A stretch of 64,000 nucleotides of DNA from Eledone cirrhosa (taxonomy: Eukaryota): contig OZ024743.1 in assembly GCA_964016885.1 (NCBI GenBank), positions 40,610,001 through 40,674,000 of the forward strand, written 5' to 3'. Below the pieces are notes generated by a model. The model was not told where the DNA came from. It did no database searches and saw only the letters and a list, made by a program, of their open reading frames with translations. A program made the translations under genes and the position numbers. This document shows, piece by piece, positions 13,190 to 26,829 of this stretch (positions are counted from its first letter, which is position 1; each line of letters starts with the position of its first letter).

Positions 13190-14240
13190 CTCAGATATCT
13201 AGGAATAGATGAATAACTAGTGAGGGCAGTCCAAGCCATGTATAGAGGAAAACTCAACAAGTTTAGGATTAACAATGATTAAGTGAAGAATTTAGTATAC
13301 AGGTAGGTGTGTATCAGGGTTCTGTCATTAGACTTCTCCTATTTATTATCATCCTAATGGCTATAACAGAAGAGTATTAGGAACTTCTGTATATAGATGA
13401 TCTAACCCTATATTTGAAAGTATGGCAGAATTAGAGAAGAAATTCCAAACTTGGAAGCACGACCAAGAATCAAAACATCTTGTCAAAAACTTGTCAAAAT
13501 TTAAAATCCTAGTATTTAGAGTGGAAAACAGGGCACAGATTCCCTCAGGAAAATGACCTTGCTCAGTGTGCAGGAAAGGAGTAGGTAGAATTTCCATCAT
13601 ATTCCCCAAATGCAAGCTATGTGTACATAAAATATGTTGGACCACAGGTAGGTTGTCAAAGAACGTAGGTTTTATATGCGACTGATGCACATATGCAGTA
13701 AGTAGCCCACAAGATATCGGCTTCTTCAAATGCCCTGAGGGCTCAGTAGAAATAATTGACAGTTTCTGTTACCTGGGTGACCAAATTAGCAATGCAGCAA
13801 TGTGTTCCAAAAGTACAGTAGCTAATGTAAGAATGGAAGGGAGAAAGTTCAGGGAGCTACTTCCACTGCTAGCTACAAAAGGTTGTTTCTCAAAATGAAG
13901 GGCAGATTGTATGATGCCTGTATACAAATAGCAAAGTTGCATGGTAGTGTGACCTGGGTGCTGTGTGCAGAAGACCTATGGAGATTGGATGTGTAACAGA
14001 AATATAGATGTACAACAAAGTGTAGAGAGAAACTGAGTAAAAGAGGGATCAGATGCAGTGTGCAAGAGAGGAGATTCCATTGGTGTGGCCATGTAATGTG
14101 TCTGAAGGATGATAGCTGTATAAAAAAGTGCAGGAGATCAAAGTTGATGAAAGCTATAGAGTAGGAAGATCTAAGAAGACCTGGGATGACACAGGATCGT
14201 GATCTTTGGTGTTATGCAGTAATACAGAAGACACAACTTC
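13190..14240 (+). mobile_element. Decayed RTE-related LINE (RT with Cys-rich insertion)
   Basis: VGVYQGSVIRLLLFII (QG motif), ELLYIDDL (YxDD), CSVCRKGVGR...CKLCVHK, FCYLGD and HWCGHVM; many stops and frameshifts. Confidence 0.8.
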
Positions 14241-14439
14241 CCATGTGCATGGGTTGAAGCATACATCTAGTATGCATCACTTAACCCCTACCCTCTCTCT
14301 CACAGCCATACACCTCCCACGACCTACCACTCCAACTACATCCTAATCACTACACTATTACACTCCATTTCCCCATCCATGGCAACAAAACAACCACTTT
14401 ACAATAGTCATTTTATTGCCATAACAAAAAGCAACTTTA

Positions 14440-14678
14440 ATTCACATTGCTCCTGTTTACTCAGCTGTAGAAATGAGATGATAGGGACTGGGGTCCATAT
14501 CATTCCACTGTAAAGTGGACGTGTAGGTGCCATGGCAAAAAAGCACCCAGCACTCACTGTAAATGAGGTTGGTGTTAGGAAGGGCATCCAGCTGTAGAAA
14601 TCAAGCCAGAATCAGTTCCCATCCCACCCTTGCAAGCAGGGAAAAAGCGGACGTAAAATGAAATGATGAAATGATGAC
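14440..14678 (+). mobile_element. SINE family 1, 5'-truncated
   Basis: Same body and tail as the other family 1 copies. Confidence 0.85.
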
Positions 14679-14999
14679 ACACATATACACATATATATAT
14701 AAATTTGTGAACAAGAGATTTTCATTTAACCCTTTCAATCAGTGTCATCATCACCTGTTCTATCATATACTCCATCCATTTCCTATTACACACTCACATA
14801 GAGACAGACAGACTTACACACATTCTCTTTTTCTAATATTCTATACTTGCACACACCAACTATTAACACACACACACAAGCTGACACACTCTTGACAGAG
14901 GTATATATACACTCATATTCAAACACACACATTCAATTATGTATTCACCAGCTGATTCAATTATTGATATCATGACGCATTGATTACAGTTTGTAATAT

Positions 15000-15194
15000 T
15001 TAGCTGATTACAGCAATATTTCTCATAAACTCATCATGATCATTATCACAGCTGTTATCATCTTTATCACTGCATTCATCTTCTTCAACAACATTGTCAA
15101 TGTATTCGTCATCACTGTCATCATCATCACTGTTATTATCACTCTCGTCATCTGACAATGACATTTTCAGTTTTTCATTCAGCTGTACAGCCTG
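15000..15194 (-). CDS. Candidate terminal coding exon, Asp/Glu-rich C-terminus of an unidentified host gene
   Basis: Acceptor tttttttattaatttcacaag|cag followed by a 195 nt open frame QAVQLNEKLKMSLSDDESDNNSDDDDSDDEYIDNVVEEDECSDKDDNSCDNDHDEFMRNIAVIS*. Confidence 0.4.
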   Translation of the reverse strand, partial: QAVQLNEKLKMSLSDDESDNNSDDDDSDDEYIDNVVEEDECSDKDDNSCDNDHDEFMRNIAVIS

Positions 15195-18100
15195 CTTGTG
15201 AAATTAATAAAAAAAGTGACTGTGCATCACACAGACACGTGTAGCCTTAGTATAGTTCTCAGGGAGAATCAGCATGACACAGTGTGTTACAAAGCTGGGT
15301 CTTCAAATAACAAGTATAACTCAATTTTGCAGCAGCTGAGTAGACTAGAGCAACAGCCGACTAAGAATAAAGATCATGAACTTATGATCATGAGCCAAAC
15401 ACTCTAATCACTAAAAAATGTGCCTTTTCCCACTTAAACATTATATACATATTCATCTAATTATGCCCTTCTCTGCTTCAATATAATGACTGCCTGTGAA
15501 ATGGTAAAAATTCAAGATTATTTTTTTTCGTAATGACTAATGTAGTAGATGCAATGTTGATACTAAACATTCTGATACTAAACCATCAAAAACCACCCAT
15601 GGTTTTTCTATTATACTAAACCATTTGTATTTAAACTGTTTTTATTTAAATTTAAACTGTTTACCATAGTTTTATGTAGGAATATTTCATGTTGCAAACA
15701 ACATCTAAATAAAATTTAAATATATTATACTAAATCCTTCAAAATGTTAATCTATATAATTTATGTTTCACATTTCCATGACATGTGATGTTCACTTTAT
15801 TATTGTTCAGTTATCATCACTACCAATCTATGTCCTCTTTCCATACTGGTATGGATTGGATGGCTTGCCATGGTCCAACATGAGATGGCTTCATGTACAG
15901 CATGAGATTTAGACCTCGGGTGACCTAGGACTGTTCAGGTTTGGTGGGACCCTCATATAACAACACACACACATATATGTATGTGAATGTGTATGTATAT
16001 AAATATATATATATATATGTCAGGTCGCTCTCAAGTGTTACTGGTAACATGTAAACCAGTACAATCTGTCTCATGGTCAGGTCGTCGGCAACCCCACCAA
16101 GCTTGCTTAGTGAGGAGGGTGATATTTGGACACCCTGCAGGATGAAATACAAGATTCAACTAAGAGTGGAGTAACTCAGCAGAGCCAACGGCCATCCAAA
16201 TAGTACTTCTTTTTTTTCTTTCACCTGGCAGTGAAAGGCCACCAATTGTTGTCACAATCCTTTCTAAGGGAGGGAAACTCTGCAAAACCTATGGCTTCAG
16301 AAGCATCCAATGATGTTGACCACTTTTCCTTTTCGGGTAGTGTTTTTGATGCCCAGAGAGTGGGATTGGTCGTGTGCAAAGCCTTTCCCCACTCAAAAAA
16401 CCTTCAAAGCACAGGTATTACTTGTTCAAGATATGTTACAGGTCCGTGAGCCTGGCTGTAGCCTAAAAGAGCACCATTTTCTGTAATCTGAGAAGTGATT
16501 GCAAAACACTTAGCAGAGTTTGCAGCCATCATATATATATATATATATATATATGATGGCTGCAAATTCTCTCTCTCTCTATATATATATATAACCAGGA
16601 AGATAGAAAGAGAGAGAAGAGGAGGCCCTCTTTGGTGAGGGATGCCACAGTTTGATGAGAGGAGTCCAGCGCACTGGCCTCCATCACCCCTCAATAAATC
16701 TATCTCTGATGATAAGATATCATCTTACTCAAATGTACCATATTTGACATGCTTTCTACACATGGATGCCCTTAAACTAGCACTACTACTTTACAGAGTG
16801 GACTGGGCACAATTTATTATAGCACCAACATTTCCACTTTAAAGTGTGTACGAAATGCATTTTATCTTGCCACCAGAACTAGATTTATGGAGTATTAAGT
16901 CATGCTGACAGTCAATTTTACCCTTTTAATATCAAACAATTCATCGTTTTATCATAAAAGCTATTTATTTCAAAATTTATATATTTATAAAATAAAATAA
17001 AAAACTACCATTATAAACTTATGAAAGAATTTTTGTTAAGCTATGCTCCAAACACAATCTTAACCCTTGTGATATCAAACTGTCTTCGTTATATGATATA
17101 AAGCTGTTTATTTTAAGTTTTTATGTTAATCTAAAAGCTTTCCATTATAATTTTTGTAACAATCTATTTTTAAGTTATGCTCAGAAAGTTAAATCCCTCG
17201 ACATTCTTGATTATTTTCAAAATCATTTAAAAATCATAGTTGTTAAATAGAAATATGGTAATGAAAGGGTCATTAAAAAGAAAATTTATATTAATAAATT
17301 CTTCAAAATTCTTGTTTTAAAAAATAAAAATGAAAAAAATCACAGACACTTTCTTTCATGAGAAATAGTGTAACAAAATGTTTGAAGCATGTCTGCACAC
17401 ACACACACGCACACTCACACCCACTCCCCCCCCCCACACACACACATACACATATATATTCCAAATATCTGAAAATTATTAGTAAACTCCATAGTATTAT
17501 TTTTTCTGTCATGATATAAAGCATACATTTGTTCTCGGATTTTTGGCTTTGATTCAACTAATTATGTCCAGTTTTCACCTTTCACTTGAAATAAATAAAT
17601 AAATAAATAAATATGCAAAAAAAACAACAACAAAATTGAAAATGGAATGTAAAAATATAAAAATTAATCAATATGGTCTTGTAAATGTTGACAATGTTAT
17701 TATTGTGGAAACGAATTGCTGTTTTTGTTGTTGGGTGTGGTAGTTGGTTACTTTGGAACTGATTAGTTTTGACATCAAAGCATATTTTAATAATGTCCAT
17801 ATATATCATAGACTTTGTTCAATATATATTCTGGTGCTTCTTGTGGTGCCTATAATAATATTTTCTTTCATCTATTTAATATATTTATTATTATTTGAAG
17901 ACGAAGACATGAGTTTTACTGCTGAAATGGTAAAAAGTCATACATAAAACCTTAGAGTTATTTGTTTTTCTTATATTTGATATTTTTAGATACTGGTAGA
18001 TGGGAACTATATGGAAGCCCATCATGTGTATTCCTATGTATATACAAATGTGTGTGTTTTTTCTGTGTGTATTCAGCTTGGAATAGTTACATTGTATCCC

Positions 18101-18496
18101 AGTATTAAGGGAGACTATCAACTTGGTGCCATGAAGGGCATCCAGGTCTAAAACCTTAATTCAAAAAGACTCCATAAGTATGAAGCCTCTCATAATGCCT
18201 ACAAGGCTAATTCCTACATAAATAAGGAAAATAGCTTTAAAATGCTATAATTATAATACACCAAACACACACAGTCTATCCCATGTGAGCATGTTAAACA
18301 TGGGTGATTATATAAAAAGCACCCAGCCCACAATCTAAATGTGGTTGGCATTAGCAATGGCTTCCAACCATAGAAACCTAGCCAGAAACAGTTCTATATG
18401 AGCAAGACATGGTCACCTGACCCAACTTTGCCTCTAATCGGACAATCTAACTAACCCATGCTAGCATGGAAAATGGACATTAAACAATGATGATGA

Positions 18497-18552
<56 letters not shown>

Positions 18553-18616
18553 TGTGTGTGTGTATTTATATATATGTGTTTGAGTTTACACTACTTAACA
18601 GTTAGTATTATTTCCT

Positions 18617-18793
18617 TGGATTGGCAGTATCAGTAGAGGGTCGGACGCCATGCTTTGTTACGTCCCTTTACGAACTGAGTTCAAATCTCGCCGAGGTTAA
18701 CTTTGCCTTTCATCCTTACGGGGTCGATAAAATAAAGTACCAGTAATACACTGGGATAATTGCTGTTCTTGTGCCAAAAAGTAGAAACAATTA
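18617..18793 (+). mobile_element. tRNA-derived SINE family 2
   Basis: TGGCAGTATCAGTAG A-box region, GAGTTCAAATC B box and GCCTTTCATCCTTACGGGGTCGATAAAATAAAGTACCAG body. Confidence 0.85.
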
Positions 18794-19299
18794 TTTCCTT
18801 ATGTCCTGTAACTTTTCAGTTTGATAAATTGTTTTCTCTCTTATATTATATACCTGTAATCTGGTGGTGTTTAATCTCTTGAATATAGACTTCCTTTTCT
18901 TTCTTCTATCTACTTTTTATATAAAAAAAAAAGCTTGATGGCGATTTCTCTTGGAGTCACTGATCACAATTTGTGGTGTAAGCAACGGATTTACACAATT
19001 TTACCAATACTTTTGATGTCTGCCTACCCTGAGGCCAATGAATATTATGATTTTTCTGGAAATAATAGCAGGTGAGAAGGAGAAAATATTTTATTTATAT
19101 TGAAATCTATGTTTTCTATTCATATGTACTTGTGTGTTTGTGTGTGCACAAATGTGTGTGTGAGTTTACATATAATTCTATATATGTTTGTGTATACCTG
19201 TCGTTTTATTTACACCCACAACACTCACAAGCACTAATGGTTCTTTCTGTATCTACCATTCCTTCAACTCTACTCCCACCAATGGTTTCTATGCCTTCC

Positions 19300-19450
19300 A
19301 CTGTTCTCTTTGGGGGTATATCAGACAAACAGGTCACTGTATGGCGGATTTATTTGCAGAACACTTGAGGGACATAAACATTGTTAGGGTTACCTTTGTT
19401 GCCCATTACTTCCATTTCCCAAGCCACTCCTTAACACTTCTCAGTCCTGG
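19300..19450 (+). mobile_element. Decayed PLE GIY-YIG fragment (different family)
   Basis: CSLWGYIRQTGHCMADLFAEHLRDI...VAHYFHFPSHSL resembles YIGQT.R.L..RF.EH...VA.HF....H. Confidence 0.6.
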
Positions 19451-19559
19451 GTGTTCTATTGATCATGGATCACCAGCCTCACACTATGACTCAGTAGAAC
19501 TTGATAGTCAACCTTGAGTTTAATTACTTAAATGGACTCAACTACTCTCCACATGACAA

Positions 19560-20050
19560 ATAAGTATCCGGTTCAACATTTAAGGTGGTCATGTTGGTGA
19601 CATGAATACAGACACTCAGTGATTCATGTAAATTGATCATATGGTGGCAGGAGAGAAGGCCCCTGGTTCACTCTCTGGAGTGGTTGGGTTGGTGATATGA
19701 TTAAGAGCTTCCAGTCTGCCAGGTAAGGTGCTCATCTTTGTGACACAACAAAAGTACACAGTCCTAACTGCAGAGAGGTCATGGTAGTGACACGATAAAA
19801 AACATCCAGCTCAACATTGGTGACATGACAAAAAGCACACAGTCCTCATTGTAAAGTGTTCATTTTGGTGTCACGATAAAAAGTACCTAATCCACACTGT
19901 AAATATGGTTGGCATTAGGAAAGGCACCAAGCCATAGAAAGTAAGCCAAATACAGTTGTGTATGAGCAAGATTCTGTTATCTGTTCTGATTTGTCACACA
20001 ACGGAAAACTTGTCTAACCTATACTAGTGTGGAAAAATAGATTATAATGA
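19560..20050 (+). mobile_element. Old SINE 3' portion with degenerate ~44 bp internal tandem units
   Basis: Repeated ...ggtgacacgataaaaa..cacc.ag..cacact...aag units followed by ggcattaggaaaggca and the SINE tail. Confidence 0.55.
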
Positions 20051-20339
20051 TGACATATATGCATGTATACGCACACACACACACATATTTATATATTTGT
20101 ATATATATATATAGATATATAGATGTATGTTTTCTGTTTTAACTATAATATATGTATATATGCATATATAATATATATATATATATATATGCATATATAG
20201 ATATGTATATATAAATATATATATATATATATGCATATATAGATATGTATATATTTATATAAGTATATATATATATATGTATATACATATGTGTATATAT
20301 ATATATATATATATATGTATATACATATGTGTATATATA

Positions 20340-20673
20340 TCATCATTTCATCATCATCATTTCTTTTTACGTCCGCTTTTTCCCTGATTGGAAGGGTGGG
20401 ACGGGAACTGATTCTGGCTTGATTTCTACAGCTGGATGCCCTTCCTAACACCAACCTCATTTACAGTGAGTGCTGGGTGCTTTTTTTGCTGTGGCACCTC
20501 CACGACCACTTTGCAGTGGAATGATATGAACCTCAGTCCCTATCATCTCATTTCTACAGCTGAGTAAACTGGAGCAATGTGAAATAAAGTGTCTTGCTCA
20601 AGGAAACAACACATCACCCGGTCTGAGAATTGAACTCACAACCTTTCGATTGCAAGGCCAATGCTCTAACCAC
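20340..20673 (-). mobile_element. SINE family 1, nearly full length
   Basis: Head starts at AGTGGTTAGAG; B box, CORE-like CCTTGAGCAAGACACTT and (TGA)n tail. Confidence 0.9.
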
Positions 20674-20694
20674 TGTATATATATATATATATAC

Positions 20695-20752
<58 letters not shown>

Positions 20753-21375
20753 GTGTACATATATACATATATATGTATATACATATGTGTACATATATAT
20801 ATATGTATATATGTGTGTGTGTGCATGTGTATATACGTGTGTGTGTGTGAATATTATCAGCTGGTTCATATTTGGCTGGTTCATATTTGTCCTACTTTAT
20901 TTAGTTTTCAAAAGTATTTTTGTTGTTATTACTATTATCTTTTCTTATTTATCCTTGGCTTGTGGATATATTTCCTCTGATGTACCTCATATTTCTATAA
21001 TACTTGACACACAGTGTGTAACCTTAATAATATGATTTTTTTTTATTATAAGGAAACTAATATCAATAACTTACAGTCAACCAAACACAATACAGTCTAC
21101 CAAACTATGATATTATTGTAATGTATAGTTCTTTTATTGATTTATTGATTTGTTTTATCTGTATCTATTTAGGGATTATTGGTATTTTTCTCGTTGTTGA
21201 TACTGTTTTTCAGGCTGTTGTCATCCTTGATTGGGCAAGCTTATGTTTAACATTTTTGTTACCAAACAACTTGAAAACACCTCTAATTTTATGATATAAA
21301 AGTGTCTATATTAATATGCCAATATTTATCTAAATATATACATAGACACACACATACACACATACATATGCATAT

Positions 21376-22056
<681 letters not shown>

Positions 22057-22211
22057 ATATATATATATATACATACACACACACACACATGTATATGTAT
22101 ATATATATAAGCATACATACACACACATACACACACATATATATATATGTTTGTGTGCATGTGTGTGTTTGTGTGTGCGTGAGTATATGTGTGTGTGAGT
22201 GTGTGTGTGTG

Positions 22212-22416
22212 TATGGAAGATGACCACTGGGTGATGAAGTGCCAAGGAAGATACAGTAGAGGAAAACCATGGGCAGAGGTGGTGAGAGCTGATATTAGAT
22301 CACTGAGGCTCACAGAAAAGATGATGAGGGACCGTGATGAATGGAGAGATGCTGTGCTGCAGAGGACCTGTCCCACCCTTGCAAGCAGGGAGAAGCAGAG
22401 GTTAAATGATGAGATT
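22212..22416 (+). mobile_element. RTE-type LINE 3' terminus
   Basis: [10 protein letters not shown]...[33 protein letters not shown], running into CCCACCCTTGCAAGCAGGG, the tail shared with SINE family 1. Confidence 0.75.
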
Positions 22417-22436
22417 GATATATATATATATACATA

Positions 22437-22473
<37 letters not shown>

Positions 22474-22498
22474 GTATATATATATATATATATATATA

Positions 22499-22828
22499 TC
22501 ATCATTTTCATCACTTCATTTCACGTTCGCTTTTTCCCTGCTTGTAAGGGTGAGACGGGAACTGATTCTGGCTTGATTTCTACAGCTGGATGCCCTTCCT
22601 AACACCAACCTCATTTACAGTGAGTGCTGGGTGCTTTTTTGCCGTGGCACCTCCACGACCACTTTGCAGTGGAATGATAGGGACCCCAGTCCCTAATATC
22701 TCATTTCTACAGCTGAGTAAACTGGAGCAATGTGAAATAAAGTGTCTTGCTCAAGGAAACAACACATCACCCGGTCTGAGAATTGAACTCACAACCTTTC
22801 GATTGCAAGGTCAATGCTCTAACCACTA
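22499..22828 (-). mobile_element. SINE family 1, nearly full length
   Basis: Same organisation as 20340-20673. Confidence 0.9.
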
Positions 22829-22833
22829 ATCCA

Positions 22834-22870
<37 letters not shown>

Positions 22871-22889
22871 CATATACGTATATGTCAAT

Positions 22890-23192
22890 ATGTGTGGATT
22901 ATTGGTTGTGGTATTTAGCTCATGACTGTTAAGTAATGTGTTCGTTCCCGGCGGTCTGTTGTGTCCTTAAGCAAGACACTTTATTTCACATTTGTCGTGT
23001 CCACTCAGCTGGCAAAAATGAATTGTACCTGTAATTCAAAGGGCTAGCCTTGTCACATTCTGTGTTCTGCTAAATCTCCCTGAGAACTATGTCAAGCATA
23101 AGTGTGTCTGTGGAATGCTCAGCCACGCACACATTAATTTCATGAGTATGCTCTTCCATACATATTATCAACTGGAACACTCATTGCCATAA
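22890..23192 (+). mobile_element. Older CORE-like SINE with a different 3' half
   Basis: tgtccttaagcaagacactttatttcaca followed by gtacctgtaattcaaagggctagccttgtcaca; a related relic lies at ~58180-58330 (-). Confidence 0.65.
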
Positions 23193-23222
23193 CAGACACT
23201 TATATATTTATGTGTGTGTATA

Positions 23223-23256
<34 letters not shown>

Positions 23257-23270
23257 CATATATATATCTA

Positions 23271-23335
<65 letters not shown>

Positions 23336-23481
23336 CATCATCATCATCATTATCACCGTTTTACGTCCGTTCTTCCACGCTAGCATGGGTTAGACGGGTT
23401 GTCCTGTTGTGGGCAGTATCTGGTCGGCTGACCATGCCTTGCTATGTATATGTATGTACACATTTATTTGTATATATATAT

Positions 23482-23516
<35 letters not shown>

Positions 23517-23782
23517 GTATTCATTTATTGTTGCAGATTCATTCTACAATTGAAGATTGACATTGGTTAGTCAAATAAGTGTAATGATATACAGAAAAAA
23601 CAAGCATTTACTTCGAAACTATTTGCGTAAACATTAAAATCTAAAAGTTGCCAAATAGTAGATACAAATATCTATTATCTCCATGTTATTCTGAATCAAG
23701 TATGAAACCAGCCTGGATCCTTATATGATGTTTTGTAACATAGTTATTATGCAAGCATTTGTATATATATATATATACATAT

Positions 23783-23910
23783 AGCACCCAGCACTCACTG
23801 TAAATGTGGTTGGTCTAAGGAAGGGCATCCAGCTGTAGAAATCGAGCCAGTATCAGTTCCCATCCCACCTTTGCAAGCAGGGAAAAGCGGACGTAAAATG
23901 ATGATGATGA
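23783..23910 (+). mobile_element. SINE family 1, 3' fragment
   Basis: gcacccagcactcactgtaaat...gcggacgtaaaatgatgatg. Confidence 0.85.
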
Positions 23911-24267
23911 TATATATATATATATATCATCATCACCATCATCATCGTTTAACATCTATCTTCCACGCTAGCATGGGTTTAGACATATACATATATATAT
24001 ATGTATATATATATACAATGTATATATATATCATAACTGTTTAACATACATTTTTCAATGCAAGTATGAGTTAGACGAGTTGTCTTATTGTGTGTCAAGT
24101 CAGGTCAGATGACTGTCTTTTTCATACAGAACAGTTTCTGGCTTGGTTTCTATGGGTGGATGGATGCCCTTCCAAATGCCAATCAATATATATGTATATA
24201 TATTTGTATTCATGAGTGAATAATAGTAATATTATAATAATATCATAATATTATTAATATTATGATA

Positions 24268-24538
24268 TTGTGTTGTTTCCTTGAGCAAGACACTTTATTT
24301 CACATTGCTCCAGTTTACTCAGCTGTAGAAATGAGATGATAGGGACTGACGTCCATAGCATTCCACTGCAAAGTGGTCGTGGAGGTGCCACGGCAAAAAA
24401 GCACCCAGCACTCACTGTAAATGAGGTTGGTGTTAGGAAGGGCATCCAGCTGTAGAAATCAAGCCAGAATCAGTTCCCATCCCACCCTTGCAAGCAGGGA
24501 AAAAGTGGACGTAAAATGATGATGATGATGATGATGAT
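24268..24538 (+). mobile_element. SINE family 1, 5'-truncated
   Basis: Body and tail match the other copies. Confidence 0.9.
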
Positions 24539-24678
24539 AATTGTTTCTACTTTTGGCACAAGGCCAGCAATTATACCAGTGCATTACTGGTACTTTATTT
24601 TATCGACCCCGTAAGGATGAAAGGCAAAGTTAACCTCGGCGGGATTTGAACCCAGATCATAAAGGGCCATAACTCTTT
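24539..24678 (-). mobile_element. SINE family 2, tail-to-tail with the preceding SINE
   Basis: Matches 45638-45760. Confidence 0.85.
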
Positions 24679-24682
24679 GTTT

Positions 24683-24909
<227 letters not shown>

Positions 24910-25442
24910 CATACATATATATATAGGCGTTAGAATGAGAGAGAGAAAAATATATAGATTTTGACTAATATTGGTGTCTTCTGATGAATTATCAACATTC
25001 TAAATAAGTATATGTTATAATTATTGGATTTGTAACTGTATGAATGAATGAGTGTGGATTTTTTTTTCAGCATGCTACCCATTTTACACCTGTGTTTTCT
25101 TGTAGTAAATCTACCTCACATATACATCTTTCTTGCAAAAAAAGCTCTCTATTTAATCCTTCAATATAAACTTTTGAAACATTCTAAATATTCTGTAGAA
25201 TCAATTGTTTTGGATTGCGTGTGTGTGTTGCTTTGCCATATATATATCTTTTTGTTGGTATGTATATGCATGTGTAGACATGTGGGCATATGTGTATGGA
25301 TGAGTATGTACTTGTATGTATGTGTAGATTTGTTTGCATTTTGCCATACGTTTCTATATAGCTATTTATATTTGTGCATATGCTTATGCTCCTGGATGCA
25401 TGTTTAGTCTTGTATAATTATATATAATGAATAATATAATAA

Positions 25443-25772
25443 TCATCATTTTACGTCCGCTTTTCCCTGCTTGCAAGGGTGGGACGGGAACTGATTCTGG
25501 CTTGATTTCTACAGCTGGATGCCCTTCCTAACACCAACCTCATATATTGTGAGTGCTGGGTGCTTTTTTGCCGTGGCACCTCCACGACTACTTTGCAGTG
25601 GAATGATAGGGACCCCAGTCTCTATCATCTCATTTCTACAGCTGAGTAAACTGGAGCAATGTGAAATAAAGTGTCTTGCTCAAGGAAACAACACATCACC
25701 CGGTCTAAGAATTGAACTCACAACCTTTCGATTGCTAAGCCAATGCTCTAACCACTAAGTCATGTGCCTCCA
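25443..25772 (-). mobile_element. SINE family 1, full length
   Basis: Head GGAGGCACATGACTTAGTGGTTAGAGC, B box GAGTTCAATTC, CORE-like domain and RTE-like tail. Confidence 0.9.
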
Positions 25773-25782
25773 TATATATATA

Positions 25783-26389
25783 ATGTAGGAGGTGAGTTTT
25801 ATTGTAGTACAATAAAGCAATGCAGATATCGGATGAGTAGCACTCTACAGTTTGTAGGACTAGAGTATAAATAATATATAAGATCAAAAGATGGTTAAAA
25901 GAGTTCCATGTATTTTATTATGCGCATTTCAAAAACAAATATTCGAAATACCTTAATTTAACATTATTCTAACATTTTTCTCTTCGTTAATTTTCAAATT
26001 CTTTTAATTTATATATTATCTTCCAACGGTTTTTCAACCTCTCTATGTAAAACAATATATTTTTCTCAGTTATAAAAGCTATCTCTCTCTATCACCCATC
26101 TCTCCTCCTATCTCATCCTTCCTCATTATACTCCTCCCCCTCCACTTTTTACTCTCACCTCCTCCTCTTTTTTATCCTTTCCACCCCCACCCCCTCAATT
26201 TAAAAAAAAAAATATCACACATCAATCTAAAACTACTTTTCATATGTTGATTTAAAACTGCACTATTCACAAGACATATCATGTCTCCCTATTTTATCTG
26301 ACGAAAACGCAAATGTTATTGCATGATGATATTTGTTTTTGAAATGCGTATAATAAATACATGGAACTCTTTTAACCATTTTTTGATCT

Positions 26390-26395
<6 letters not shown>
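25783..26395. mobile_element. PLE family E insertion (tail 25783-25873; short minus arm ~25874-25943; long plus arm to 26395)
   Basis: 25874-25943 is the reverse complement of ~26329-26397. The tail matches 43238-43316. Hammerhead present. Confidence 0.8.
26291..26357 (+). ncRNA. Type I minimal hammerhead ribozyme
   Basis: TTTAT-CTGACGA(26298)-long stem II GCAAATGTTATT/GATGATATTTGT-GAAA(26341)-TGCGTA-TA-ATAAA. The mirror arm keeps the palindromic ATGCGCAT. Confidence 0.75.
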
Positions 26396-26458
<63 letters not shown>

Positions 26459-26575
26459 GGGAGATACGAAGCAGGTCTTCTTTACAGACAGATAGCAAAT
26501 TTGAAAATAGGTAGTAACATGTACTTACAGACTAATTTTAATAAGTCATATACAGTGTAAGAACATGTAACTTTC

Positions 26576-26601
<26 letters not shown>

Positions 26602-26607
<6 letters not shown>

Positions 26608-26779
26608 GATCGAGTATCGAAAAATCGGCGCACGAGTTCACGATAAACAAAATTCGAAATGAGCGGCAGAGGGCTCAATAATTCAGATGAATCAGAGCTA
26701 TAACTATCATTAAAATACCGTCACATATAGAACAAGTCTACAATCAACCATACGATAAAAAATCGATAATAGAAGATTC

Positions 26780-26782
<3 letters not shown>
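26602..26782 (-). mobile_element. TA-flanked fragment with a PLE-type tail hairpin
   Basis: Minus strand GCTCTGATTCATCTGAATTATTGAGC at 26673-26698, similar to ~10571-10604. Confidence 0.4.
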
Positions 26783-26826
<44 letters not shown>

Positions 26827-26829
26827 ATA

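Noticed and set aside
16700-16740. CTGATGA plus hairpin as a hammerhead (also ~4002, ~11069, ~11912, ~24981)
   Set aside because: No correctly placed GAAA with stem III and stem I complement could be found.
17527-17584. Minus-strand exon between tttcaag and gtatgc, upstream of the acidic exon
   Set aside because: All three frames contain stop codons.
25700-25772. tRNA genes at A/B-box sequences (also ~1050-1119, 45740-45820, 60672-60745)
   Set aside because: They continue directly into multi-copy SINE bodies and lack a complete cloverleaf.
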